Source: Octopus bimaculoides (lineage: Eukaryota). From it: a stretch of DNA of 39,790 nucleotides. A program made the position numbers and the translations under genes. Of this stretch, positions 11,765 through 23,537 are shown one piece after another. Numbering within the stretch: the stretch's first letter is position 1; each line of letters opens with the position of its first letter. The stretch is taken from the NCBI RefSeq assembly GCF_001194135.2, contig NC_069002.1, positions 33,556,188-33,595,977 of the forward strand. The letters are read 5' to 3'. Below the pieces are notes generated by a model, which saw nothing but the letters and a program-made list of their open reading frames with translations, made no database searches and was not told the DNA's origin.

Positions 11765-12164
11765 CGTTTACTTGTTTCAGTCATGTGATTGCAGCCATGC
11801 TGAAACACCAGCTTTAGTCGAACAAATCGACCCCTCGACTTATTCTTTGTAAGCTTAGTACTTATTATCTCAGTCCATTTTGCCGAACCGCCAAGTTAGA
11901 GGGACTTAAGCCCACCAAGAACGGTTATCAAGCGAATATGGGTGGACAAAAACAGACACACAAACATACTTACATATACATACATACATCCATAAATACA
12001 TATGACCGGCTTCTTTCAATTTCCATCTACCAAATCCACTTAGATGTCTTTGGTCGGCCCGAGGCTATAGGAGAGGACATGTGCCTACCGTGCCACGCAG
12101 AGAGACTGAACCGGGAACCATGTGGTTGGGAAGCAAGCTTCTTGCCACACAACCGCTCCTGCGC
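11765..12164 (-). mobile_element. tRNA-derived SINE family B, full length, with internal microsatellite
   Basis: Head gcgcaggagcggttgtgtgg...ggttcagtc; collinear with 27340-27795 and the split copy at 37835-39116. Confidence 0.85.
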
Positions 12165-12299
12165 ATATATATTTTTTATATATGCCGGTAATATTTTTTC
12201 GTTCTTTTTTACTCATTACTTCCTTGAACTAATCTAAAATCTTCGGGTTTTCCTCACTTAAGTCACTGCTTCAGTTTTCTTTTCCTCATTAGTAACGCT

Positions 12300-12660
12300 A
12301 TGGTTTTTTTTTTTATTCTGGTAAGCTTTTTTTGGCTTGAAATGTATCATCTATGTACGTTTTTCCATCTTGCTTTCTGTCGTTTAGCTGTTCTACTACG
12401 TGGCCTTTCTTGTTTTAGTTGTCTCGAGATCTCTCCCATCCACTTATTACTCCTTAGCATGGACCACTAGTGTTGCCTATGTTAACTGAAACATACCTTT
12501 ACCCAATCTGCTGACATGTTTTCCGTAAACTTTTACTTCCGGATCACTTTCCAAGTGACACCGAATCATTTCTCCATTTCTTTGTCATTAATCTATTATA
12601 TACTGAGGAGGTCTTAGAATAGCAACTGAAGTCAGTCTGCTTCTCTATTGCACCACTGCC
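12300..12660 (-). mobile_element. Decayed LINE (RTE-like) C-terminal fragment
   Basis: Broken frame ...KQERPRSRTAKRQKARWKN resembles the G.RPRGRP..RW.D terminus. Confidence 0.3.
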
Positions 12661-13378
12661 ACAAAAAAGTCCTCTCATTAAACGTTCAGCCTCATTAACG
12701 CCGTTATCACTACAGTTAAGTGAGGGAGATCAAAATATTCTAGATGAAACATTGGATAACGTGATTTGCTTATTTCTTCAGCCACTTGACAAAATAACAG
12801 GTAAATAGATAAATAAAACGCCACAAAAAAGAAAGAAAGTGCAATAAAAATAAACAAAATTAAAACACCAGACAACTTGAATGCTGAGCTATAGATTAGT
12901 TTAATATCCTCTTCATTTATTGCAAAAACATTTTTCGAAGATGTCATACTGCACTTTCATATGATTAACACTTATATTTAAGTTGCTATACATCCAGACA
13001 CTAATGTTTCTCTCAGATAATTACTAAAAACCGTCAAAACTTCACTTGTAGCAGATTTCGCTCCGGTTCTGTTATATATACAATCAAACGTACCTGATCA
13101 TCATATCATTCTACACCCGCTATCTGTGTTAGAACCCAAGTGTTATTTCTGTTAGGAACGCATCTAAATATTCGGCATATCATAAAATTAGTGATAAACT
13201 TTGACTGCAACCGTCAGAGATTGGGATTAATTCAGAAAAGGAGATATTTCCATGAAGAACACAGTCTACAGATACCAGATTACACTTTCATGCCAAATGA
13301 ATTGCATTAAAACGACCTTCGCTTGTATATACATGTATACAATATATATAAATATCTGTCTATCTATCATGTACGTGT

Positions 13379-13452
<74 letters not shown>

Positions 13453-14450
13453 NNNNNNNNNNNNNNNNNNNNNNNNNNNNNNNNNNNNNNNNNNNNNNNN
13501 NNNNNNNNNNNNNNNNNNNNNNNNNNNNNNNNNNNNNNNNNNNNNNNNNNNNNNNNNNNNNNNNNNNNNNNNNNNNNNNNNNNNNNNNNNNNNNNNNNNN
13601 NNNNNNNNNNNNNNNNNNNNNNNNNNNNNNNNNNNNNNNNNNNNNNNNNNNNNNNNNNNNNNNNNNNNNNNNNNNNNNNNNNNNNNNNNNNNNNNNNNNN
13701 NNNNNNNNNNNNNNNNNNNNNNNNNNNNNNNNNNNNNNNNNNNNNNNNNNNNNNNNNNNNNNNNNNNNNNNNNNNNNNNNNNNNNNNNNNNNNNNNNNNN
13801 NNNNNNNNNNNNNNNNNNNNNNNNNNNNNNNNNNNNNNNNNNNNNNNNNNNNNNNNNNNNNNNNNNNNNNNNNNNNNNNNNNNATAAGAATTATATATAA
13901 CTAGGGCGTTACGAAGCAACAGCTTTGCTAAAGTAGGAATAAAAAAAAATACTGCGAAGACACAAATGCTTACATTAGATTTTCACAAGCATCGTAGAGA
14001 GTGCGTTTGGTTGCATCCTTGAGGTTGCTTATAAACTTATTGTGCTTCTTACCTCTGGCTATGAGGCTTTCATCGCTTCAGGTCCAAAACTTCAAATCAT
14101 ACTTTATTTGTGATCACAAAGGAACACACGTTCAAGAGTCACGGATAAACTTGAACACACAGACACAGACAGACAGAAAGACAGGCAAACAGACACATGC
14201 ATGTACGAACGCACGCACGCATACACGCATGTGCGAACTACTGTGTGTTTATTAATATTTTTCCTCATATCCAGGAAATTGGTATGGGCCATAAATTCAA
14301 TCGACGATAGAGTGAATAAATAAATATGCATTATTCTTTTCCGATGGCATATGTCTGAGAAATGCATTATTTAGTACCAGTCATATAAAAAAAGAGAAGC
14401 ATATTGCATGCGTCTACATACACATTCAATGCGAAAGATATGTATGTGTG

Positions 14451-14488
<38 letters not shown>

Positions 14489-14676
14489 TGCGCATGTACG
14501 TATGTATATATAAACATGTGTATATATATTTTGTGCATATATGTAGGTATATGGCCGTTCATCTATGGTGGTGACACATGACTTACTAATGTATAGATGC
14601 ATATGTATATATCTATATCTATCTATATATACCTATACATATATATCTTCTAGTGTGTGTGTTACATATGCATATA

Positions 14677-14707
<31 letters not shown>

Positions 14708-15097
14708 GCACATACACACTCCCACATACGGAGACACACACACAGACACACGACACAGACACGTACGCACTCACACACGCAAATTATGTATCAGTTGCGT
14801 GATGTTATATAGCGGTGTAATATTTTTATTGGGTGTGAATGCGAACGCTAACATTTTCCTATGGTAAATGCATTGGTCTTAAAGTAACGCCTGAAATGAC
14901 AAGAAGTGCAGTACAAAGCTTTGTGTTGAAATTTAATTTCTCGAAATCATATATTTGCATTAATAAATTATTAGTTATCTGGATGGATCCGTTTTTCAAA
15001 ACCCATTATAAATATAGGACCTCGACAAATAAATGTGTTACAGTATAATGCAATATCTTTTACCGTATATGTATGCGTGACATACGGTTCCGCTTAC

Positions 15098-15214
15098 CTT
15101 TATGAGCAGTCGGACCGTAATATCTGCACAATTGCAGTGCTGTTGATTATTCAACAGGACTGAAGGTCGAATATCTGTCAGTCGTCCTTGTAAGTTGCAA
15201 CTGATATTAGACGT
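15098..15214 (-). CDS. Candidate coding exon, phase 0/0 (TSNISCNLQGRLTDIRPSVLLNNQQHCNCADITVRLLIK)
   Basis: ttcctctag| acceptor, AAG|gtaagc donor, 117 nt, only one frame open. Confidence 0.35.
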
Positions 15215-15386
15215 CTAGAGGAATGTCCCGAAACAATGAGAATATATTCCCTCCTAGCGCCCGTATGAGGATTTTTCCGTCGACAGCAGTTACTCAAGGA
15301 TGAAGCTTGTAAGCTTAATTTCTGTAGAATTATTTTTACAGAATCTCCGCAGGTGTGACTTCAAAGGAAATTCTTCAATTACTCAC

Positions 15387-15404
15387 TGAATTGTTTATTA
15401 TCAT
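15387..15404 (-). CDS. Candidate first coding segment MIINNS, joinable in phase to 15214
   Basis: ATG at 15404, |gtgagt donor, 172-nt GT-AG intron, GC-rich sequence upstream (15420-15500). Confidence 0.2.
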
Positions 15405-15763
15405 CGGGGTGGAAATTGTTCACAGCAAATGCGAGCCCCACGAGTCAGAATAACAGTTTCACCGTATCTCCCTCGCCGCCCACAAGAGAGAGGGGGGTAT
15501 CTATGGAACATGGATATGCCGTTTGTAAATCATCACAAACTATCATATCTGCTTAAATTAAGTTATTTCATCAAATTTATTATAATAGACCCAAAATTTT
15601 ATTCTTCGACAAAACTTCGGTACACAAAATATAGATGATTCGTCACATGTAAAATACTATAAAAGAGCTGGTGGATGTATGTTTGTCTATATGCATAAAA
15701 TATATATATATGCGAAGCTACAGGAACATATATATAATTATAGGTACATATGCATAATTGTAG

Positions 15764-15800
<37 letters not shown>

Positions 15801-16369
15801 NNNNNNNNNNNNNNNNNNNNNNNNNNNNNNNNNNNNNNNNNNNNNNNNNNNNNNNNNNNNNNNNNNNNNNNNNNNNNNNNNNNNNNNNNNNNNNNNNNNN
15901 NNNNNNNNNNNNNNNNNNNNNNNNNNNNNNNNNNNNNNNNNNNNNNNNNNNNNNNNNNNNNNNNNNNNNNNNNNNNNNNNNNNNNNNNNNNNNNNNNNNN
16001 NNNNNNNNNNNNNNNNNNNNNNNNNNNNNNNNNNNNNNNNNNNNNNNNNNNNNNNNNNNNNNNNNNNNNNNNNNNNNNNNNNNNNNNNNNNNNNNNNNNN
16101 NNNNNNNNNNNNNNNNNNNNNNNNNNNNNTATATATATATATATATATATAGTACATATATATATATATATATATATATACTACATACACACACATATAC
16201 ATATACATATATATATATGTGTGTATGTGTCTGTGTGTGTGTGTAAATATATGAAAATAAATAATAGCTCTCCATGTTTATATACATTGTATTCTGTATG
16301 CGTACAATCACGTCCGTCTATCTAAACAAAATATAACTCATAAAACATCTATATAGCAATTGGTGTATG

Positions 16370-16524
16370 TTAATATATCCCATAATTCTTCGTGTTATGA
16401 AACTTGATCTCCTTCATGAAGTCTCCAGCCGTCGTGTTGGGATCGTAAATATATGCTTGCCCGTCAAATGTGATATAACTATCACGTACAATATCGAACA
16501 CCGTGCCCGTAACAATGTAGCGAA
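16370..16524 (-). CDS. Probable terminal coding exon, unknown protein (RYIVTGTVFDIVRDSYITFDGQAYIYDPNTTAGDFMKEIKFHNTKNYGIY*)
   Basis: tgtatacag| acceptor, phase 1, 50 open codons to TAA, complex sequence richer in GC than the flanks, open antisense shadow frame. Confidence 0.55.
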
Positions 16525-16536
16525 CTGTATACAATA

Positions 16537-16568
<32 letters not shown>

Positions 16569-18574
16569 NNNNNNNNNNNNNNNNNNNNNNNNNNNNNNNN
16601 NNNNNNNNNNNNNNNNNNNNNNNNNNNNNNNNNNNNNNNNNNNNNNNNNNNNNNNNNNNNNNNNNNNNNNNNNNNNNNNNNNNNNNNNNNNNNNNNNNNN
16701 NNNNNNNNNNNNNNNNNNNNNNNNNNNNNNNNNNNNNNNNNNNNNNNNNNNNNNNNNNNNNNNNNNNNNNNNNNNNNNNNNNNNNNNNNNNNNNNNNNNN
16801 NNNNNNNNNNNNNNNNNNNNNNNNNNNNNNNNNNNNNNNNNNNNNNNNNNNNNNNNNNNNNNNNNNNNNNNNNNNNNNNNNNNNNNNNNNNNNNNNNNNN
16901 NNNNNNNNNNNNNNNNNNNNNNNNNNNNNNNNNNNNNNNNNNNNNNNNNNNNNNNNNNNNNNNNNNNNNNNNNNNNNNNNNNNNNNNNNNNNNNNNNNNN
17001 NNNNNNNNNNNNNNNNNNNNNNNNNNNNNNNNNNNNNNNNNNNNNNNNNNNNNNNNNNNNNNNNNNNNNNNNNNNNNNNNNNNNNNNNNNNNNNNNNNNN
17101 NNNNNNNNNNNNNNNNNNNNNNNNNNNNNNNNNNNNNNNNNNNNNNNNNNNNNNNNNNNNNNNNNNNNNNNNNNNNNNNNNNNNNNNNNNNNNNNNNNNN
17201 NNNNNNNNNNNNNNNNNNNNNNNNNNNNNNNNNNNNNNNNNNNNNNNNNNNNNNNNNNNNNNNNNNNNNNNNNNNNNNNNNNNNNNNNNNNNNNNNNNNN
17301 NNNNNNNNNNNNNNNNNNNNNNNNNNNNNNNNNNNNNNNNNNNNNNNNNNNNNNNNNNNNNNNNNNNNNNNNNNNNNNNNNNNNNNNNNNNNNNNNNNNN
17401 NNNNNNNNNNNNNNNNNNNNNNNNNNNNNNNNNNNNNNNNNNNNNNNNNNNNNNNNNNNNNNNNNNNNNNNNNNNNNNNNNNNNNNNNNNNNNNNNNNNN
17501 NNNNNNNNNNNNNNNNNNNNNNNNNNNNNNNNNNNNNNNNNNNNNNNNNNNATATATATATATATAGTACATATATATGTCTCCGTTTATCTGTATATAA
17601 ATATATGTTAACATACATATTCAAATATATATAAATAAAATTATGTTTGCATCTATGCAAATTTCTACGTCCATATGTATTGTCTGAATGTTTCTTATCG
17701 GCCGTCACTCTATTTTTCGCGGGCGATCAGTTTCTGGAGTATACACTAGACTGATTGAAAAATAAATAACACCTTAAATTGCAACTGGACACCTACAATT
17801 TATTGGCTTCAGCTGTTTGGCTTCCATTCATCATCTGCATTGCAGCGAACATAATTAGTTTCATACATACATACATACATACATACGTACATGCATACAC
17901 ACGAGCACACGTACACATATATCGATATATATTACTGCACACATGTACACATATGTATGTTGATATCTTTATGTTGTATATGTATGCGCGCCTGTGTGCT
18001 CGTGTACGTGCGAGCACATCGTACGAGTGTTTGCGTGATATTTGTATACATATGTGTATAACTATATCTATGTATATGTATACACATATATATACACACA
18101 TTATACACACGCACACACACACATATACGCATATATATATATATATAAGTTGGAATTTGGGATGAATATATATTTTTTTTTTACATTTCGTTTAGGTTAT
18201 AGCGCTTTCTTCTGTTCGGATTTATAAAAAAAGTGGTTTAAACTTAGATTTCTTGGCCTTTTATGTATAAAGAATTTTGTAGGGTTTGCCAAGCAAGAGA
18301 GAAGAAAGAATAAGCAAATATCGAGAGGTAGGGGGAGGTAATGGAGCGTGGCTTTTGCATTGGTATAGTCAGGCCTGTTTGTTTAGTACTTAGTGGACTT
18401 TTGAGGTGGAGAAGGAATAGGAATTTCTGTATTTGAATTGGTCAAGGTGTTATTAAAAATGAAACAGATGTTTTTGACTTTCTTGAGTCGTCCAAAATCA
18501 TATGCGGACATAACCTCTGATTCAATTCAAATATAGATTAGAAACCCATACTATACTATACCAAACATTCATTC

Positions 18575-18900
18575 TACGATGAAAGTATAAATTTATCAAA
18601 TAGAGACCTGAACGAAAATGAAATGAGTCTCTTACTAAAAGATTTCAAATTTACCCCGACAACCACTCCGAATCTCATAGAACTAAAAACCGATAGTGAG
18701 ACCTGGAACCCACACCTCCGTCTTATAAATTTTTTGGACAACAAGAAACTAGAGGACAAATCAGCCGTAAGAAAAGAGCCCTCATTTCACCCCTTACAAG
18801 GGGAGCGATAAACACCTAGATACATTTAGAGAAACATTCTCGAAATTCCATCTCAGTATCCATAAATCCAAACAGAACCTTCATGAAGGAGAACCGGATT
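18575..18900 (+). mobile_element. Penelope-like RT N-terminal remnant
   Basis: INLSNRDLNENEMSLLLKDFKFTPTTTPNLIELKTD...LRLINF matches the PLE INLS..L...E..LL.KGLKF.PTP pattern; stops follow. Confidence 0.65.
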
Positions 18901-18919
18901 TAGGCAACTATATAACATT

Positions 18920-18972
18920 CACGGTGGTGCTCCAGTACGGACGCAGTCCAATAACTGAAACAAGTAAAAGAT
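18920..18972 (+). mobile_element. SINE family B 3' tail fragment
   Basis: cggtggtgctccagta...aactgaaacaagtaaaag matches 27748-27795. Confidence 0.7.
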
Positions 18973-19009
18973 AATAACCATGCAGATACACACACACTCA
19001 CTCTTCATC

Positions 19010-19044
19010 TCTCTCTCTCTTTCCGTCTCTCTCTCTCTCTCTTA

Positions 19045-19086
<42 letters not shown>

Positions 19087-19142
19087 ATCTCTCTCTCTCT
19101 CTCTCTTTGCATCTCTCTCTCTCTCTTTGCATCTCTCTTTCC
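19010..19142. repeat. (CT)n microsatellite punctuated by ttgcat/tagcat
   Basis: Direct reading. Confidence 0.9.
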
Positions 19143-20514
19143 CTCTCTCCCGCCTATATTTTGACATATAATTTTCCATAGATTCCTATTTCAGTTGGGA
19201 CTTATATATTTTATGAGTCAAGAGGTACCTCTAGACCATACGAAAGAATGAGGTTTCAATCTTGAGTAAGAGAAAATAGTGCGATTGTCGGAGGTGTTGA
19301 TTTAAGTTTTTTAAATATTAATCTTGCATATTAAATTACACTTGTGAGTATTTCTGCTGGTGCAAATATATAAAATATTCAAAGAATTTTGTTCGACAAT
19401 TTCACACCAGTACTTTTCAAATCCCTTATGAAATATTTCAAAGAAGTCAATTAATTCTTAAGAATCATACTTCAAATAATTTTTAAAATTATTTTTGTTT
19501 GTCTTAGTTGTTTTTTTTTATAAAATAGAGCAGAACTTTCTGAAACTTGGTTCCATGTAGTTATAATTTATAATTTTGTTTCGTGTTTTATTTGCAGTTC
19601 GATTTAGATGTGTTGCCGTGGGCTATGATAAATACCATGTGCCATATCCTCATACGCTGAAATGGCCGATAACACTTACTAATTAAGCATTATGCATATT
19701 AAAACATATATTATAGTTTCATTTATCTGGACCAAATACATAATTATACAGTTTGATGATCTACAAAATGAAAACAGAAAATTTGCAAGAGACCCCAAAT
19801 TTATAGGTGTTACTGAAAGGGTTATAGAAGATTCAAGGGCCTAAGGATGTGAAGAATATTGTCAACAATGTCACCTTTGCAGTTTAAATAAAGAACATAA
19901 CAAATCTATTTTTGATAACTGCTTTGAAATGCTATCTGAAAGTAATACCATCCTATTTTGTTGTGAAAACATCATACGATATTTTATCTCGAAGATTATC
20001 TAACCTGAAGTTAATCTTTCAACAATAAGTATTATACAAATATAAAATGCCAGAGTTTGACTTTTATGTCTATGATATTCTATAAAGTGAATGTTATTGG
20101 TGTTATCATCCGTGTTAGCATTTGATGAAAATGAAAACACAAATATAGTGAGATATTCTACACTTCACGAAATGCATAACATGTAGTATAGAAACAATCG
20201 TATTTTTTAATAGCTGCGTATATCTTGTTAAGTAATTTGGTGAAAGATAGAATAGGCATTTTTTCTGCAGTGACGATATTTATATTTGAACTGAAAAGTT
20301 GCACTTATATTTTGCATTCTATATATTCATATCAGTGTGCATGGCTGTCGCAATCGAGATCGCTCAATCGTGAGTTCGACTACGTTACAGGATGGCATGT
20401 TCTAGGGTGAAACAATTCCTTTTACGTTCCTCCAAACTCACATCCGATCGGTGGATATATATATATATATATATATAGATAGATATAGATATAGATAGAT
20501 AGAGAGAGAGAGAG

Positions 20515-20545
<31 letters not shown>

Positions 20546-20762
20546 AGAAAGTGAGATTATGGCTTGCTAAATCAGCTAGCGGGGTGGCGACATTCCAAAG
20601 CTAAAACGACGCAAAGCGCATCGTGACCAGCGGCGTGTAACACCAAAATATCCGATAGGCCAGGTTCATCACGTCATATTTGTATCGATGGACTGTATTG
20701 AGTATTGTATTATTCCTCTTAATTGCTTCCTTTGTATTTATGCAAGGTCTAGTCGTCAGAAT

Positions 20763-20856
20763 GTGGAGGCGCAATGGCCCAGTGGTTAGGGCAGCGGACT
20801 TGCAGTCGGAGGATCACGATTTCAAATCCCAGATCGGGCGTTGTATGTGTTTTTTG
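20763..20856 (+). mobile_element. SINE family C, tRNA head only
   Basis: gtggaggcgcaatggcccagtggttagggcagcggact matches the reverse complement of 22415-22450. Confidence 0.85.
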
Positions 20857-21196
20857 AAGAAAAAGAGTTGGAATAAATAACGCAAGAAGTTAAAATATTT
20901 TTCGCATTAGATTAATTCATAATTTCATACACTCATACACTGCTAGTATTTTAAATGCGTATATAACGTCCCTTCATTACATATCACTTATACTTTATAT
21001 TGCCGTTTAATTCTGACAATGATTTTAATATGATGTTAATTTATTAAAAGTATACCATATACGTTCTTGATTTTTTCCCCGTAGAACTTCCATCATCCCA
21101 CTACGAAATTTATCATCACCCATTCCTTCCTTTCTCATTCATATGTTGTGACGAAGAAATACAATAGAGTTTTATTATAGTAGATATTTAATACAA

Positions 21197-21385
21197 TTGG
21201 TTTCAAATTTTGGCACATGTCCAGCGGTCTTGTCGAAGCGGCCAAGTCGGTTCCATCGATACCAGTGTTTAACTCGTACCAATTTTATCGACCTCGGCCG
21301 AATTTTAATTCAAAACGTTCCGACTGACCAAATGTCGCTAAATGTTTTGATCGGCTTACTCATGATTCTACCACCTAGCTGCCTG
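21197..21385 (-). mobile_element. SINE family A copy with internal deletion
   Basis: tggtttcaaattttggcac...tttatcgacctcggccgaatt...ctaccacctagctgcct, collinear with 9145-9358. Confidence 0.8.
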
Positions 21386-21589
21386 AAATACTATTCTCAT
21401 ATGTTCCTGGCTACAGTTACGTTTGATTTATATTTGCTTTGTTTATCTTACCTTTTTTAGATATCTTTAGTTTGACATCTTATATACTTTTGCACTACGT
21501 TTTTATATTTTCAGTAAATATTTAGTATATATAAAGATTTCCTTTTAAATGTTACATATATTTCTTTTTGTGCGATTAAATTTCCTATT

Positions 21590-21900
21590 TGTAACATTTC
21601 TGCACTTTACATCTTAGCAATATAATTCTTATATTAAAAAATGACTTTCCTGTTATAGAGATAATGTATTTATCACTCAGTTTAAATTTATCTTTATATG
21701 ATTCTATTACAATACAAACAGAAAAATAAATTATTCCATCCTTATTAAATTTTGACAATTGTCTGCTAATATCCTTAGTCATAAAACTCTCCAATTTATT
21801 TTTACCCAACATTTAATACCAAATCATTAATGGTGATATCCCTATACCGTAAACTCAACACTCTCCTGTCTTCAATATACACATATTTCTTCATAATGGA
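21590..21900 (-). mobile_element. Possible Crypton/tyrosine-recombinase (DUF3504-like) remnant
   Basis: IWY*MLGKNKLESFMTKDISRQ resembles the WY...LGKN.L..FM..IS motif; the rest is decayed. Confidence 0.3.
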
Positions 21901-22088
21901 AATGGCCTTATTTCTGAAATGATTTTGGGCCCAGTAATTAAGTGTGGTTACTCAACAAATCTTCGTAATTGACTGAGCCTATCCTAACTTCATGTATGTA
22001 CAAGTCTTCAGTATTATTTAATTAATGGGAACATGCCTTAAACGCACAGGAAATTTAACATGGCATAATATTAGTTTCAGATTTTGAT

Positions 22089-22449
22089 TGTTGTTGGCAC
22101 TCCGTCGCTTCCGACGTTGAGGGTTCCAGTTGATCAGATCAACGGAACAGCCTGCTCGTGAGATTAACGTGCAAGTGGCTGAGCACTTCACAGACACGTG
22201 TACCCTTAACGTAGTTCTCGGGGATTATTAGCGTGACAAGGCTGCCCTTTTGAAATACAGATACAACAGAATCAAGGAGAAAGTGTGAGAGAAAGAGTAC
22301 AGCAGGGTTCACCACCACCCCTGCTGGAGCCTCGTGGCGCTGTAGGTGTTTTCGCTCAATAAACACTCACAACGCCCGGTCTGGGAATCGAAACCTCGAT
22401 CCTATAACCGCGAGTCCGCTGCCCTAACCACTGGGCCATTGCGCCTCCA
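22089..22449 (-). mobile_element. tRNA-derived SINE family C, full length, with 44-bp target-site duplication
   Basis: A box tggcccagtgg, B box ggtttcgattcc, (aac) tail; flanking repeats 22045-22088 and 22450-22493; collinear with 30390-30743. Confidence 0.92.
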
Positions 22450-22479
22450 CACAGGAAATTTAACATGGCATAATATTAA

Positions 22480-22690
22480 TTTCAGATTTTGATACAGGGT
22501 AAATAATTTTGAAGGAGGCTTTAAATTAATTGCATCAAGCCCAGTCTGCAACTACACTCATTTTATCGAACCCGAAAGGGATCCAAGGGAAAGTATGCCT
22601 TGACGGAATTTGAACTTAGAACGTAGAGACGGACGAAATGCCGCTAAGCACGTTGCCTGGCGTGCTAACGATTCTGTCATCTTTCTGACT
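22480..22690 (-). mobile_element. Old SINE family A copy whose tail hosts the family C insertion
   Basis: ttttatcgaacccgaaagg...ggaatttgaacttagaacg...gtgctaacgattctg. Confidence 0.8.
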
Positions 22691-23156
22691 TAACATGGTA
22701 TAAGATAACAAGATATGTCGTTTTGTAAGGTTCATTAACCTTATTATCAAAAGTGATTGGATTCTTTCATCACCATTACGTGCTTAAGTAGATTCCGTCA
22801 CCAACAATGGTTTAAGCGGATTTTCTTTCTGCTCGAGTGATTTTATATTCCATTCAAGCAGAGATAACCATATGAAGGGTTTATAATTGACAATGCTCTC
22901 TGAGAACATCATTTTCTTTATTAACTCCGCCTTCGCTAAGGCTGAGGCATTGTTTGCAGTCGTGTTTGTTTATTTGACGTGTACAAGATATCTCAAGGAC
23001 CGCTGGGTGGATTCAGATGAAACTTTCAGGGATGTTTGGCCTCGTGCTAGCACGAACTGATGAGGTTTTGGGATCTCGGATTATTTTTCCGTTTTTTTTT
23101 ATTACTTGTGTCTATATCAGATATGACATGAAAATCACAGCCATACTGTTTTCCAA

Positions 23157-23390
23157 TCAAGTGTGTTCTTTTTTCAATTTGGGGAACAGAAAGTAAAAAG
23201 ATGGGGCCAAATCAGGAGAATACGTAGGATGATCAACCAGTTCAAATCCACATTTACGCACAACAGTCATTGAAAGGAAGGTCATGTGTTCTCGAGATTT
23301 GTCATCATGAAACAGGGTCACTTCCGCCAGAATTCCTGGGGGTTTGGACTTGATAGTCTTTCGTAACTGCTTCAACAAGTTTGCAGAGCA
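23157..23390 (-). pseudogene. mariner (DD34D-type) transposase C-terminal remnant
   Basis: LFHDDKSREH...CGFELVDHPTYSPDLAPSFYFLFPKLKK; YSPDLAP present; 34 residues separate D from the third catalytic position, which reads F. Confidence 0.88.
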
Positions 23391-23428
23391 GCCCCCTTTG
23401 ATGATGTGGCCCGTTATCTATCTGCGTA

Positions 23429-23490
<62 letters not shown>

Positions 23491-23537
23491 TGTGTGTGTG
23501 TGTGTGTATGTGTGTGTGGGTGGGTGTGTTTATGTAT

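Noticed and set aside
13090-13170. Strong minus donor CAG|gtacgt
   Set aside because: All three frames are closed from every plausible acceptor; it could only be non-coding
13970-14090. Open frame DESLIARGKKHNKFISNLKDATKRTLYDACENL ending at |gtaagc
   Set aside because: No convincing polypyrimidine acceptor in a compatible phase
20335-20368. Plus-strand 34-nt segment between ttcatatcag| and |gtgagt
   Set aside because: Too short to assess; no partner exons found on plus
20763-20840. tRNA gene calls for the SINE heads (also 22380-22449, 30390-30465)
   Set aside because: No acceptor stem closure; two of the three continue into a shared SINE body
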